DNA of 63,996 nucleotides, filler included, from an uncultured bacterium (GTDB lineage Bacteria; DAOPZR01), in assembly GCA_964637655.1 (NCBI GenBank). It is 8 parts of 8 records of this genome, joined end to end, with 100 filler letters (N's around TTAATTAATTAA, not from the genome) between each part and the next. Parts side by side here need not be neighbours in the genome. Positions count along the whole stretch, not along the records: positions 1 to 8,329 come from CAZWUZ010000179.1; positions 8,430 to 16,731 come from CAZWUZ010000180.1; 6 more parts are not named here. One strand, 5' to 3'. Below are positions 1-9,379 of the stretch, piece by piece. Every line of letters begins with the position of its first letter. The stretch's first letter is position 1. The notes below the pieces were generated by a model. That model was not told the origin of the DNA, searched no databases, and worked only from the letters and a program-made list of their open reading frames with translations. Both the position numbers and the translations under genes were made by a program.

Positions 1-2
1 CG

Positions 3-878
3 CTGGTCCTTGACGCACTGACCGGAGGGTCGGCGCTGCCGGTGGTACCGCCGGCGGATGCCGACCGGTTTGTCGACTACCTGCTGCGTTTCCATCAGCG
101 GTTGCGCGGCACGGAGCAGCAGCGGGTGCGGGAACTGGCGGTGCCGCACCTGGATGCCATCGTGCGGCATGCGTCGACGGGTGACGCGGAGCAGCGCGCG
201 CGCGCGGTACACACGCTCGGCCTGCTGGCGGCGGGACAACACGTGCCGCGGTTGCTGACGGCGCTGGCTGATCCTGCGCCGCTGGTGGCGATGACCGCGG
301 CGCGGTCGCTCGCCCATACCGGCGATGCGGCGCACCTGCCGGCGCTGCTCGACGCCCTGCCGCGCTTCCCCCTCTGGTCGACCCGCTACCTGGCGACGCT
401 GCTGACCCGTAACCGTACTGACGCGGGGGCGCTCCTGCGGAGTGCGCTGACCGATCCCGCGCGGCCGGAGCGCACCCGGCAGATTGTTGCCGAAGCGCTC
501 GCCCTGCTGCATGATCCGGGGGCGGCGGCCTGCGCGGCGCAGGTTGCCGCTGAGGCGACTGCCGGGCGCGAACTGCGCGCGGCGGCGCTGCACCTGCTGG
601 CGGCGGCGGGTACTGCGCAGCAGGCCGCGGTGCCGCGGGCGCTGCTGACCGATGCTGACGAACTGCTGCGCGGGCGCGCGGCGGCGGCGCTGGCCGCCAC
701 CGGCAGCGCGGCGGACGGGCCCGCGCTGCTGGCGCTGCTCGATGACCCGTCGGTCTGGGTGGCGGCGGAGGCGGCACGCGCGCTGCGGCAGCTCGGCGGC
801 GAGGCGGAGCTGCAGCGGCTGGCGGCCGCCGGGCATCCGCGGGCGGCGCTGCTGCAGGCAGAGGAGGAAGGAATATGA
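3..878 (+). CDS. HEAT-repeat protein (5' truncated by the window edge)
   Basis: Repeated helical motifs (RARAVHTLGLL, LADPAPLVAMTAARSL, LLDDPSVWVAAEAARAL). The frame is open back to the window start, and the stop overlaps the GT2 start (ATGA). Confidence 0.85.
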   Translation: MVLDALTGGSALPVVPPADADRFVDYLLRFHQRLRGTEQQRVRELAVPHLDAIVRHASTGDAEQRARAVHTLGLLAAGQHVPRLLTALADPAPLVAMTAARSLAHTGDAAHLPALLDALPRFPLWSTRYLATLLTRNRTDAGALLRSALTDPARPERTRQIVAEALALLHDPGAAACAAQVAAEATAGRELRAAALHLLAAAGTAQQAAVPRALLTDADELLRGRAAAALAATGSAADGPALLALLDDPSVWVAAEAARALRQLGGEAELQRLAAAGHPRAALLQAEEEGI

Positions 879-2293
879 TCGCGGCGGTGGCGTGGGAGAT
901 CATCCACGTCTTTACCGTCGTGGTCTTCGCGTATTTCGTCGTGCTCAACGGGTTCTACCTGGTGACCAGCGCCGCCGCTTTCCGCGCGCTGCTGCGCCAC
1001 GCGCGGCGCCTGAAGGCGCTGGACTCGTCGCACGTGCTGGAAGCGGAAATCGCGCCGCCGGTAACGCTGCTCGCCCCCGCCTACAACGAGGAGCGCACCT
1101 GCGTCGAGAGTGTACGCTCGCTGCTCACGCTCGTCTATCCCGACTACGAGATCATCGTCATCAACGACGGCTCGACGGATGCCACGCTCGCGCGTCTGCG
1201 GGAGGCGTTTGCCCTGCAGCCGGCGGTGCGCCAGTCGCGCGCTACCCTGCCGACCGCGGCGGTGCGCGGCCTGTGGCGCAGTGCCACGCACCCGCGGCTC
1301 TGGGTGGTCGACAAGGCCAACGGCGGCAAGGCCGACGCGCTCAATGCCGGGCTCAACCTCTGCCGCACCCCGCTCTTCTGCGCCATGGATGCCGACACGC
1401 TGCTCGAACGCGATGCGCTCGCGCGCATCGTCCGCCCCTTCGTCGAGGACCACCGCGTGGGCGCCGCCGGCGGCATCATCCGCATCGTCAACGGCTGCAC
1501 CGTGCGCGACGGTATGGTGACCGACGTGGCCCTGCCGCGCTCCTGGCTGGCGCGTTTCCAGGTGATGGAATACCTGCGCGCCTTTCTTGCCGGGCGCATG
1601 GGCTGGGACGCGCTCGAGGCGACGTTCATCATCTCCGGCGCGTTCGGCGTGTTCAAGCGGGAACTGGTGGTCGCGGCGGGCGGGTTCGCGCACGGCACCG
1701 TCGGCGAGGATGTCGAACTGGTCGTACGCCTGCACCGCTACTGCCGCGAGCGGAAGATCCCCTATCGCATCGGCTTCGTGCCCGACCCGGTGGCCTGGAC
1801 GGAATGTCCCGAGACGTTTGCCGTGCTGCGCCGCCAGCGCGACCGCTGGCAGCGCGGGCTGACCGACACGCTGGCACGGCATCGCGTCATGCTGCTCAAC
1901 CCGAAATACGGGCGCATCGGGATGGTGGCGTTCCCCTATTTCTATCTGCTCGAGATGCTCGGGCCGGTGGTCGAATTCCTCGGCTACTTCGTCTTTGCCG
2001 CGTCGCTGGCCGCAGGTATCGTCACCCCGCTCTACGCGCTGGCGTTTGTCCTGGTGGCGTTCGTGCTCGGCATCGCCCTGTCGCTGGCGGCGGTCGGGAT
2101 CGAGGAACTGACGTTGCGGCGCTACCCGCGTATGCGCGATGTGGCCCTGTTCTTCCTCCTGGCGGTGCTCGAGAATTTCGGCTACCGCCAGCTGGCGAAC
2201 TTCTGGCGCATCCAGGGGACACTGTCGGCGCTGCTGCGCCGCAAGGAGTGGGGTACCATGACCCGCCGCGGTTTTGCGAAGGAGAAAAACTGA
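875..2293 (+). CDS. Processive GT2 glycosyltransferase (PgaC/IcaA/YaiP-like polysaccharide synthase)
   Basis: PAYNEE, NDGSTD, GGKADALN, MDAD (DxD), GED and QRDRW (QxxRW) motifs, with N- and C-terminal TM helices. Confidence 0.92.
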   Translation: MIAAVAWEIIHVFTVVVFAYFVVLNGFYLVTSAAAFRALLRHARRLKALDSSHVLEAEIAPPVTLLAPAYNEERTCVESVRSLLTLVYPDYEIIVINDGSTDATLARLREAFALQPAVRQSRATLPTAAVRGLWRSATHPRLWVVDKANGGKADALNAGLNLCRTPLFCAMDADTLLERDALARIVRPFVEDHRVGAAGGIIRIVNGCTVRDGMVTDVALPRSWLARFQVMEYLRAFLAGRMGWDALEATFIISGAFGVFKRELVVAAGGFAHGTVGEDVELVVRLHRYCRERKIPYRIGFVPDPVAWTECPETFAVLRRQRDRWQRGLTDTLARHRVMLLNPKYGRIGMVAFPYFYLLEMLGPVVEFLGYFVFAASLAAGIVTPLYALAFVLVAFVLGIALSLAAVGIEELTLRRYPRMRDVALFFLLAVLENFGYRQLANFWRIQGTLSALLRRKEWGTMTRRGFAKEKN

Positions 2294-2294
2294 C

Positions 2295-4172
2295 ATGCAG
2301 ACCCTCATGCTGCTGCTGCTGCTGACCGCACATCCGCTGACCGATGCGGACAGCGCGATGCGCGCGGGCCATTACGCGCAGGCGGCAACCCTGTACCGGC
2401 AGGCGCTGGCGCTGCAGCCGCGACCCGCTATCGCGGCGGAAATTCAGTACAAGATGGCGCGGGCGCTGGCGTTTTCCGACAGCCGCGCGGCAGCCATCGA
2501 AGCGTACAGTGTGCTCATCCGCCGCAACCCGAACGATGTCGATGCGCGGCTCGGGCGCGGGCGGGTCCATGCGTGGGAGAAGAACTGGGCGGCCGCAGAG
2601 GCCGACCTGCAGGCGGTGACCGAGCGGGCGCCGCGCTATACCGACGCCTGGCTGGCGCGCGGCGATGTCTGCCTCTGGTCGGGTCGTTATGCCGAAGCGG
2701 TGGTCATGTATGGCGAAGCGATCGGCCTCGATGGCGGCGACCCGGCAGGGTATCTTGGCACCGCCAAGGCGGAGCGCAACCGCGGCGATTTCGCGGCCGC
2801 GCGCGCGGCGCTGCAGCAGGCGGAGGAACGCGGCATCACGGCGGCGGCGCTGACACTGGAAGCGGAGGAAATCCGTCGCGCGGAACAGGCGGCAATGCAC
2901 ACGCCGGAGGCGTTCATGGCACAGGCGCACGCGGCGCTCGACAGCGGCGATATGGCGGCCGCGGCGGAAGCCGCGCGGCTGGCCGCTGACCTGACGCCGG
3001 ACCCGGTGGTGTCAACCCCCGACCCGGCCATTGCGGCGCGTGACGCACTGCAGCGCGCGGATGCTGCCCGCCGGGCGGGTAATCGCGCGGAGGCGCTGCG
3101 GCTGTACGATGAGGCGCTGGCGCTCGAAGACCGTAACCTCGCGGCGCGCTACGGGCGCGGACTGGTGCGCTCGTGGGAAAAGGATTTTACGGGTGCGGAA
3201 ACTGATCTCGCGCTGGTGACGCAGCGGCAGCCGGAGAACAGTGACGCGTGGCTGGCGCTGGGCAATACCCGCCTCTGGGCGGGCGAGGCCGGCCCGGCGC
3301 TGGCGGCGTACACCGAGGTCGTGCGGCGGCGCCCGCAGGACGCGGCAGGGTACCTCGGGCAGGTGCGGGCGCGGCAGAAACTGCAGGACCGCGAGGGGGC
3401 GCTGGCGGCCCTCGCGCTGGCAGAGGCGCGCGGGGCGGATGCGGCGGAAGTCGCGCTGCTGCGCAGTGCGCTGACGAAACAGGAATTGCTGTGGCGGGCG
3501 CGGGCGGGCTTCGAACATACGGCGCTCTCGTCGGGCTTTGACGAGTGGCTGGCCTATCGTGCGTCGGTGGGACGGTCCTTCGATTTCGGCTCAGTCAGCA
3601 TCGAGGGGCAGCGGGTGCGGCGTTTCGGCTACTGGGACAATCAGGGCGGAGTCGACGCGTGGGTCGATGTGTGGGACAAGTCCTATATCAATCTGCGCGC
3701 GCTCTTTGCCGGCGGCGCCGAGGTGCTGCCGCGCGGCGACTGGTCGGCGGAACTCTACCAGGGGCTTGGTGCCGGCTGGGAGGTTTCAGGGTTCTACCGC
3801 CACATGGATTTCTCCACCGGGAACGCCGATATTTTCGGCGGGAGCATCGCGCGCAGCGTCGGCGACTGGTATATCCGGGCGCGCGGCAGCACCTCGCGCG
3901 GCAGCGGCGCGGCGGGCGGCAGCGGCTCGCTCGCCATCCGCCGCTACCTGCAGACCGCGGACGACTATGTCGAGGTGAGCGGCGGGGGCGGGCGCACGGT
4001 CATCGATCTCGGGCGCAACCTGCACCGCACCGTGCGCACGGTTACGGCCGGTGCGCGCCTGCAGTACTATTTCACCGACCACTGGGGCATCTATGCCAGC
4101 GGCGCGCTGGAAGACCCCGACAACTACGCGACCCGCATGACGACGGGTGGCGGCCTGCTGGTACGCTGGTGA
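2295..4172 (+). CDS. TPR-repeat protein with C-terminal YaiO-like outer-membrane beta-barrel
   Basis: ATG at 2295 begins a hydrophobic signal peptide. Two TPR blocks follow, then amphipathic beta-strands ending in a C-terminal Trp (LLVRW). Confidence 0.8.
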   Translation: MQTLMLLLLLTAHPLTDADSAMRAGHYAQAATLYRQALALQPRPAIAAEIQYKMARALAFSDSRAAAIEAYSVLIRRNPNDVDARLGRGRVHAWEKNWAAAEADLQAVTERAPRYTDAWLARGDVCLWSGRYAEAVVMYGEAIGLDGGDPAGYLGTAKAERNRGDFAAARAALQQAEERGITAAALTLEAEEIRRAEQAAMHTPEAFMAQAHAALDSGDMAAAAEAARLAADLTPDPVVSTPDPAIAARDALQRADAARRAGNRAEALRLYDEALALEDRNLAARYGRGLVRSWEKDFTGAETDLALVTQRQPENSDAWLALGNTRLWAGEAGPALAAYTEVVRRRPQDAAGYLGQVRARQKLQDREGALAALALAEARGADAAEVALLRSALTKQELLWRARAGFEHTALSSGFDEWLAYRASVGRSFDFGSVSIEGQRVRRFGYWDNQGGVDAWVDVWDKSYINLRALFAGGAEVLPRGDWSAELYQGLGAGWEVSGFYRHMDFSTGNADIFGGSIARSVGDWYIRARGSTSRGSGAAGGSGSLAIRRYLQTADDYVEVSGGGGRTVIDLGRNLHRTVRTVTAGARLQYYFTDHWGIYASGALEDPDNYATRMTTGGGLLVRW

Positions 4173-4177
4173 AGCGG

Positions 4178-4206
4178 TTGACAGCGCCATCACCAGCGGC
4201 GATACT
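4178..4206 (+). promoter_or_regulatory. sigma70-type promoter, probably leaderless transcript
   Basis: TTGACA-17 bp-GATACT, with the ATG at 4213 six nt downstream and no Shine-Dalgarno. Confidence 0.55.
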
Positions 4207-4212
4207 TGCCGC

Positions 4213-5517
4213 ATGAACGATACCGGCATACCGCCAGCGGAGAGTGCGGGGATGCGCCACTGGCGCATCATCAGTGCCAACCGCGAATTCTACGGCAAGG
4301 CCTACTGGTCGGGGAGCAAGGCGCGTGCCTGGGGCGGGCGCGATTACCTCGACGGGGCGCCGCAGCAGACGCTGACCCGCCTCGTGCGCCGTCACCTGCT
4401 GCCGGCTGGCGGCAGGGTGCTCGAAGTCGGGTGCGCCTTCGGTTTCCTGACGCGCAACCTGCGCCGTGACGGGTTTGTTGCGTGCGGCTGTGACACCTCG
4501 GGCTACTGCCTGGCGCAGGCCGGAGACGAGGTGCGCCCGTACCTGCAGGCGGCGAGCGTGCTCGCGCTCCCGTATCCCGACCGCAGTTTCGACCTCGTGC
4601 TGTGCATGGAAGTCCTCGAACACCTGCCCGAGGAGTTCATTCCTGCCGCGGTGCGCGAACTGAAGCGGGTCAGCCGCGGCCTGCTCCTCGTCAGTGTTCC
4701 CACCTACGGGCCCGACGAGTTCGGTCCCTACGGCCTGAAGTACCATACCGACCCCGAGAACAGCGACTGGTTTGCCGATGCCGCGGCCGGGCGCGCCTTC
4801 ACCCGTCTCGACATCGACGAAACGAACGGCGAACCGCGCTGCGGGCATTTGACCCATGCGACCTTTCCCTGGTGGACGCAGCAGTTCCGCGCGCAGGGGC
4901 TGGGACGTGACGGCGAGGGGGAGAGCCGCCTCTATGCCGATGCCGACCTCGATCTGACCCCGTGGCAAATCTACCTGCTGCGCCCGCTGACCGCGTCGTG
5001 GCAGGGGGAGGAAGCGTCGACGGTGTTCGGGGGCGGGTGGGCTGACCGCGTGACGCTCGCTGACGGGCGCGTGCTGCGCTGGGCGGGGCCGGGTACGGTC
5101 CGGCTGCAGTGCACGGGCAACCCGTCGGCAATTGACCTGGAACTGTTCGGCGGCACGCGCCGCCTGACCTGTCCGTATACCGTGCGCTGGCGCAGCGGGG
5201 CGGGAAACGGTGCATTCACCCTCGCGCCCGGCGACATGGTGACGGTGCATCTCCCGGTGCGGACAGAGGCCGGAGTCGCCGCACTGGAACTCGAGGGCGG
5301 ACCGGCGTGGACGACGCGCTCGCTCTTCGGGCGGCAGCATCCCGATGCGCCGGCGCGGGGCGGCTTCGGCCTGCTGGCGCTGCGCCCGTCGCCGGCCGGC
5401 CCGTTCGCGCTCGCCCGCCACGGCAGCAGCGACTGGCAGCCGGCGGACCTGCCGCCACCGATGGTGGCGGCATCAAAACGCTGGTGGGGGCGATTCAACG
5501 AATTCCTCAACGGGTAG
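4213..5517 (+). CDS. Class I SAM-dependent methyltransferase with C-terminal extension
   Basis: VLEVGCAFG motif I and LPYPDRSFDLVLCMEVLEHL. Confidence 0.85.
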   Translation: MNDTGIPPAESAGMRHWRIISANREFYGKAYWSGSKARAWGGRDYLDGAPQQTLTRLVRRHLLPAGGRVLEVGCAFGFLTRNLRRDGFVACGCDTSGYCLAQAGDEVRPYLQAASVLALPYPDRSFDLVLCMEVLEHLPEEFIPAAVRELKRVSRGLLLVSVPTYGPDEFGPYGLKYHTDPENSDWFADAAAGRAFTRLDIDETNGEPRCGHLTHATFPWWTQQFRAQGLGRDGEGESRLYADADLDLTPWQIYLLRPLTASWQGEEASTVFGGGWADRVTLADGRVLRWAGPGTVRLQCTGNPSAIDLELFGGTRRLTCPYTVRWRSGAGNGAFTLAPGDMVTVHLPVRTEAGVAALELEGGPAWTTRSLFGRQHPDAPARGGFGLLALRPSPAGPFALARHGSSDWQPADLPPPMVAASKRWWGRFNEFLNG

Positions 5518-5581
5518 TCCGCCGCCGCTGGTACTGCCGGCGGCCTGGCAGGAACGGCTGCGCCCGTGGCGGCGCGACGGG

Positions 5582-6877
5582 GTGCGGCTGTTCGGCGGTG
5601 CCCTGCGCGACCTGCTGCTCGGACGCCCGCTCAAGGATGTCGACCTGCTCGTCCCTTCGCCCGTGCGTGCGACCATCCCCGCGACCGGCGCGACCCTCAT
5701 TCCGCTCGACGAAGCGCGCGACATCTGGCGGCTGGCCTGGCCCGACGGCATCGCCATCGACCTGAAGGGGTATACCGACCTCGACGCCGAAATCCGGAAA
5801 TCGGATTATACCGTCAATGCGCTCATGGCCGACCCGGTGACGGGGGCGTGGGACGACCGCGTCGGCGGACTTGCCGACCTGCAGGGGCGCATGCTGCGCG
5901 CGGTCAGCCCGTCGGCACTGGCGGACGATCCGCTGCGCGTGCTGCGGGCGGTGCGTTTTGCGGCGCAGCTTGGCTTCAGCGTCGAGCTGGCAACCCTGGC
6001 GCAGGTGCGCGCGGCGGTGCCGCTGCTTGTCCAGGTGGCGCGCGAGCGTATCGTCGACGAACTGCGCCTGCTGGCTGACAGCCCGGCCGCCGCTGTCGCC
6101 TGGCAGCGCTGCGATGAGTGGGGAATCCTTGCCGCCCTCTTCCCCGTGCTCGATGCCGCGCGCGGCTGCCCACAGAACGACTTCCATCATCTCGATGTGC
6201 TGCAGCATGCGCTCGAAGCGATGCGCTGTTTTACCGACGAACTGCTGCCGCAGCTGACGGATAACGCGTGGACGGGCTACTGGGCGGAGACGGACGGGCT
6301 CTGGACGCGCCGCGCGACGGCCACGCTGGCGCTGCTGCTGCACGATGCGGGCAAACCGGCGTCGCTGACGGTGGACGAAGACGGCCGCCGGCGGTTCCAT
6401 AACCACGAAGTGCTTGGCGCGGAACTGCTGGCGGAGGCGCTGCCGCGGCTCGGGCTGCCGGGCGCGGTGACGGACACCGTTGTGCTCCTCACCCGCCACC
6501 ATATGCGGGCGGGGCTCGGAGTGGCGACGGACGGCAGCGACCGCGTGCGGCGGAAGTACGCCGACCTCGCGGGTGACTGGACCCTGGCGGGGTGGACCGC
6601 GGCGGCTGCCGACCGCCTGGCGACCCGCGGCGTGCGCAGCCAGCCCGACGGTGACGCCCTGCTGACGGCACTGCACACCCTGGGTGAGCAGTGGTTCACC
6701 CGGCGCGGGGAACTGCTGCTGCCGCGCCTGGTGACCGGTGCCGACGTGCTGGCGCTGGGGGTCAGCGGGCCGCGGGTGGGCGCACTGCTGCGGCAGGTGC
6801 GCGCCGCGCAGACCGACGGGAGCGTGGGCGACCGTGCGGCGGCGCTGCACCTGCTGCATGAACTGGCGGCCGGGTGA
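5582..6877 (+). CDS. Class II tRNA nucleotidyltransferase (CCA/poly(A) polymerase family) with HD domain; start uncertain
   Basis: FGGALRD and DVD (motif A), DYTVNA, DDPLRVLRAVRFAAQLGF, ARERIVDEL; HD domain HHLDVLQH...LLHDAGKP. GTG at 5582 taken as start; the frame is open further upstream. Confidence 0.85.
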   Translation: MRLFGGALRDLLLGRPLKDVDLLVPSPVRATIPATGATLIPLDEARDIWRLAWPDGIAIDLKGYTDLDAEIRKSDYTVNALMADPVTGAWDDRVGGLADLQGRMLRAVSPSALADDPLRVLRAVRFAAQLGFSVELATLAQVRAAVPLLVQVARERIVDELRLLADSPAAAVAWQRCDEWGILAALFPVLDAARGCPQNDFHHLDVLQHALEAMRCFTDELLPQLTDNAWTGYWAETDGLWTRRATATLALLLHDAGKPASLTVDEDGRRRFHNHEVLGAELLAEALPRLGLPGAVTDTVVLLTRHHMRAGLGVATDGSDRVRRKYADLAGDWTLAGWTAAAADRLATRGVRSQPDGDALLTALHTLGEQWFTRRGELLLPRLVTGADVLALGVSGPRVGALLRQVRAAQTDGSVGDRAAALHLLHELAAG

Positions 6878-7698
6878 AACGCGGGTTCATCGGCAGCGAC
6901 ATCGACGGCACGCTCGCCTTCCACGCCCGGCTGCACGGGATGGTGAAAACCGCCGTGCATGCGGACGGCACGGTAACCGTGCGCGACCCCGACGGCGCCC
7001 TGCATCGCGCGCACGATGTCTCCACCGCGCTGTACGAGATCTATTTCGCCGACAGCACACGTCAGTTGCTGCTGCGCCTGCGCGAGCACTACACGCTGGT
7101 GCTGGTCAGTGCCGCGCGCGCGGTGTCGCTGCGGCAGCGCGCGGCGCTGCACGTCGCTGACGCCTACATCCTCGAAAACGGCGCCTGCATCCATGACGCG
7201 ATGTGGCGGGAGGACGCGGAATGGGCACAGCACCTTGCCCCGCAGCGGGCGCTGCTGCACGACTACGCGCGCCAGCTCGCCGACGACGGGTGGCGGCTCG
7301 ATATGGCGGGACGCACCGCGGGCATCCGGCTGCGCCCCGAGGATAACCCGCAGTGGGACGCGGCGGCATACGCCGCGCGGCTGGCGGCGCTGACGCTTCC
7401 CGACGGGCTGGCGCGGACGACCAATCTCGGCTACACGGATATTGTGCCGGCGGCGGCAGGGAAGGGGAACGCGGTCGACTGGCTGCGGGAACGTCTCGGG
7501 TATGCGGCCGCGGCGGGTATCGGCATCGGTGACGATGTCAACGATCTCGATTTCCTGTCGCGCGCCGGGCAGGCGTGGCTCCCCGGCAGCGCGTTTCCCG
7601 CGGCGTGTGCTGCGGCGCGGGCGCACGGCATGACCGTGGTGCCGCAGCGGCATATTGCCGGGATCGACACCATCCTGCTGCGCCTGCTGGCAACCTGA
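6874..7698 (+). CDS. HAD-superfamily hydrolase (Cof/sucrose-phosphatase-like)
   Basis: DIDGTL motif I, ILENG, GKG, and GDDVND motif IV. Confidence 0.85.
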   Translation: MKRGFIGSDIDGTLAFHARLHGMVKTAVHADGTVTVRDPDGALHRAHDVSTALYEIYFADSTRQLLLRLREHYTLVLVSAARAVSLRQRAALHVADAYILENGACIHDAMWREDAEWAQHLAPQRALLHDYARQLADDGWRLDMAGRTAGIRLRPEDNPQWDAAAYAARLAALTLPDGLARTTNLGYTDIVPAAAGKGNAVDWLRERLGYAAAAGIGIGDDVNDLDFLSRAGQAWLPGSAFPAACAAARAHGMTVVPQRHIAGIDTILLRLLAT

Positions 7699-8328
7699 TT
7701 ACTGCAGGCGGACGAAAATGCCGGCCGCCAGGTCGGCATCGAAGGCCAGTTGCGTGTGCCCGAGCGCGATGACGTACGACGGGCGTTTCTGGCGCAGCAC
7801 GATGCTCTCCCCGGGGATGAGCCCGAAAGCGGCGAGTTTGTCGAGCTGCCTGCCGTCCGTGCACTCGATATAGACGACCTGCGCCGGTTTGCCCGGTTCG
7901 AGTTCCGCCAGCGGGAAGATGAGCGGACAGACGTTGCGCCGGTGCTCGCGGCAGCAGGGGCCGTCAGGGATCGGCTTGTGGTCGGGACAGGTCGACGGGT
8001 GGCCGAGCAGGGTGCAGATATGGTCAATGGCGTCGTCGCTGATGACATGTTCGAGTTCGCAGGCGTCCTGTTCGGCGCGTTCGCCGCGGTAGCGGAGCAC
8101 GTCGTGGAAGAGGCGTTCGGTCAGGCGGTGCTTGCGGATGACGCTGCGCGCGCGCGCTTCCCCGGCCGGGGTGAAAGCCACGGTGTCGCCGGTACGCACC
8201 AGTTCACCCGCCCGCACCAGCAGGTCGAGGGCGGGCGCCCCCGCCACGGCGCGCAGCGCGGGCCGCGGCTGCAGTGCCGCCGCGGTCGCCGGCACCCCGT
8301 CTTCGCGCAGTTCCCATACCGCGTGCAG
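7699..8328 (-). CDS. DtxR/MntR metal-dependent repressor with FeoA domain (5' truncated)
   Basis: RKHRLTERLF, ACELEH and CPDHKPIP motifs, then a FeoA-like LAAFGLIPGE segment. The frame is open to the contig end. Confidence 0.88.
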   Translation of the reverse strand: MHAVWELREDGVPATAAALQPRPALRAVAGAPALDLLVRAGELVRTGDTVAFTPAGEARARSVIRKHRLTERLFHDVLRYRGERAEQDACELEHVISDDAIDHICTLLGHPSTCPDHKPIPDGPCCREHRRNVCPLIFPLAELEPGKPAQVVYIECTDGRQLDKLAAFGLIPGESIVLRQKRPSYVIALGHTQLAFDADLAAGIFVRLQ

Positions 8329-8329
8329 G

Positions 8330-8429
8330 NNNNNNNNNNNNNNNNNNNNNNNNNNNNNNNNNNNNNNNNNNNNTTAATTAATTAANNNNNNNNNNNNNNN
8401 NNNNNNNNNNNNNNNNNNNNNNNNNNNNN
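8330..8429. other. Artificial contig linker (N-TTAATTAATTAA-N); also at 16732-16831, 25123-25222, 33137-33236, 41087-41186, 49015-49114 and 56808-56907
   Basis: Identical 100-nt spacers with a stop in all six frames; contig lengths decrease along the window. Confidence 0.98.
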
Positions 8430-8669
8430 ACCAGCATGGGAAGCCGTCGGCGTGTCTTCCAGCAAGGTCGAACTTCGCACTACCAGACGGCCGTTACCGC
8501 ACAACTGGCGCACCTCAGCCATGATTGCACCAGGATCAGCCTGCCAGTCAGCGACCCGGCAGCAATGCATGGGTTCGATCGAGGCGCAGGTCAGCTCTCC
8601 CGTCAGGCGTTGCAGCGTTTCCGCCTTCGTCCCGAAACTGAAATCAGTTTGCTGGCTTGTTTTGCTCAT
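8430..8669 (-). CDS. PEP-synthase/PPDK-like ATP-grasp protein, Cj1418 (glutamine kinase)-like N-terminus; 3' truncated
   Basis: FGTKAETLQRL...LVVRSSTLLEDTPTASHAG matches the TKA...IRSS..ED....S.AG pattern. ATGA overlap with the upstream gene. Confidence 0.75.
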
Positions 8670-9379
8670 ATGCCACACCGTAACCGGCTGAGATGTTTTA
8701 GCACCGGGTGAATTATGTAAAACGTGCGCCCGATCCCGACTTGCGGAGCAGCGGTGAAATGCCCTGAACCAAGATAACCGGCGATCACTTCGATCAGCAG
8801 TTCTGAACGCATCATCGGGTCGAATATATAGTCTATGTCTTCTCCTGCAGCCGGAGGCGGGAAAGTCCGGCTGGCGATCAACTCGCCATGATCAATCTGG
8901 CGCGACAGGAAAAAAGCGGAAGCTCCGCACTCGCCCTCGGCCAGCAAGCTGTAATAAATCGGTGTGCTGCCGCGATATCGCGGCACGAGACCCGGATGCA
9001 CGTGCAGGATCTTCTTGCCAAGTCCCAATACACGATCGCAGACAATTACGCCGGCTGCACCAGCATAAATAACATACGGTTCTGGCCGCGCCTGCAGCAG
9101 CCGTATCAACTCGTCGCTATTGATATCGCACGCCGTGCTGATTGTGTATTCCAGACTATGACGCTGCGCTGTCACAGCCAACTCTTCTTCCAAGCAGGGA
9201 CAGAATCCGTCGGGCGCCTTCCGCGGCACAAGCCCCGGCGGTGCCTTCGTGCCAGGACCGCCGCCACCAGTCATTATAATGACATGCGCCGGTCGGTATT
9301 CGTGGTGCAACAGACGCTGCAAGTACACCCGCGCACGAACCGACGGGGACAGGACCATGATGATTTCTTTCAGCAGCAT
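8666..9379 (-). CDS. Formyltransferase-like protein (Fmt/PurN fold)
   Basis: LHVHPGLVPRYRGS and IDHGE motifs. Confidence 0.8.
   Translation of the reverse strand: MLLKEIIMVLSPSVRARVYLQRLLHHEYRPAHVIIMTGGGGPGTKAPPGLVPRKAPDGFCPCLEEELAVTAQRHSLEYTISTACDINSDELIRLLQARPEPYVIYAGAAGVIVCDRVLGLGKKILHVHPGLVPRYRGSTPIYYSLLAEGECGASAFFLSRQIDHGELIASRTFPPPAAGEDIDYIFDPMMRSELLIEVIAGYLGSGHFTAAPQVGIGRTFYIIHPVLKHLSRLRCGI

Noticed and set aside
386-2308. Long antisense or alternate-frame ORFs (for example 386-2308 minus, 17507-19264 minus, 46964-49066 plus, 50351-52381 plus)
   Set aside because: They are shadow ORFs of high-GC genes. They have no motifs and overlap well-supported genes.
8330-8429. Recurring TTAATTAATTAA motif flanked by Ns (seven copies)
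   Set aside because: It is an artificial contig linker. Gene adjacency across these linkers has no biological meaning, and ORFs running through them are artefacts.
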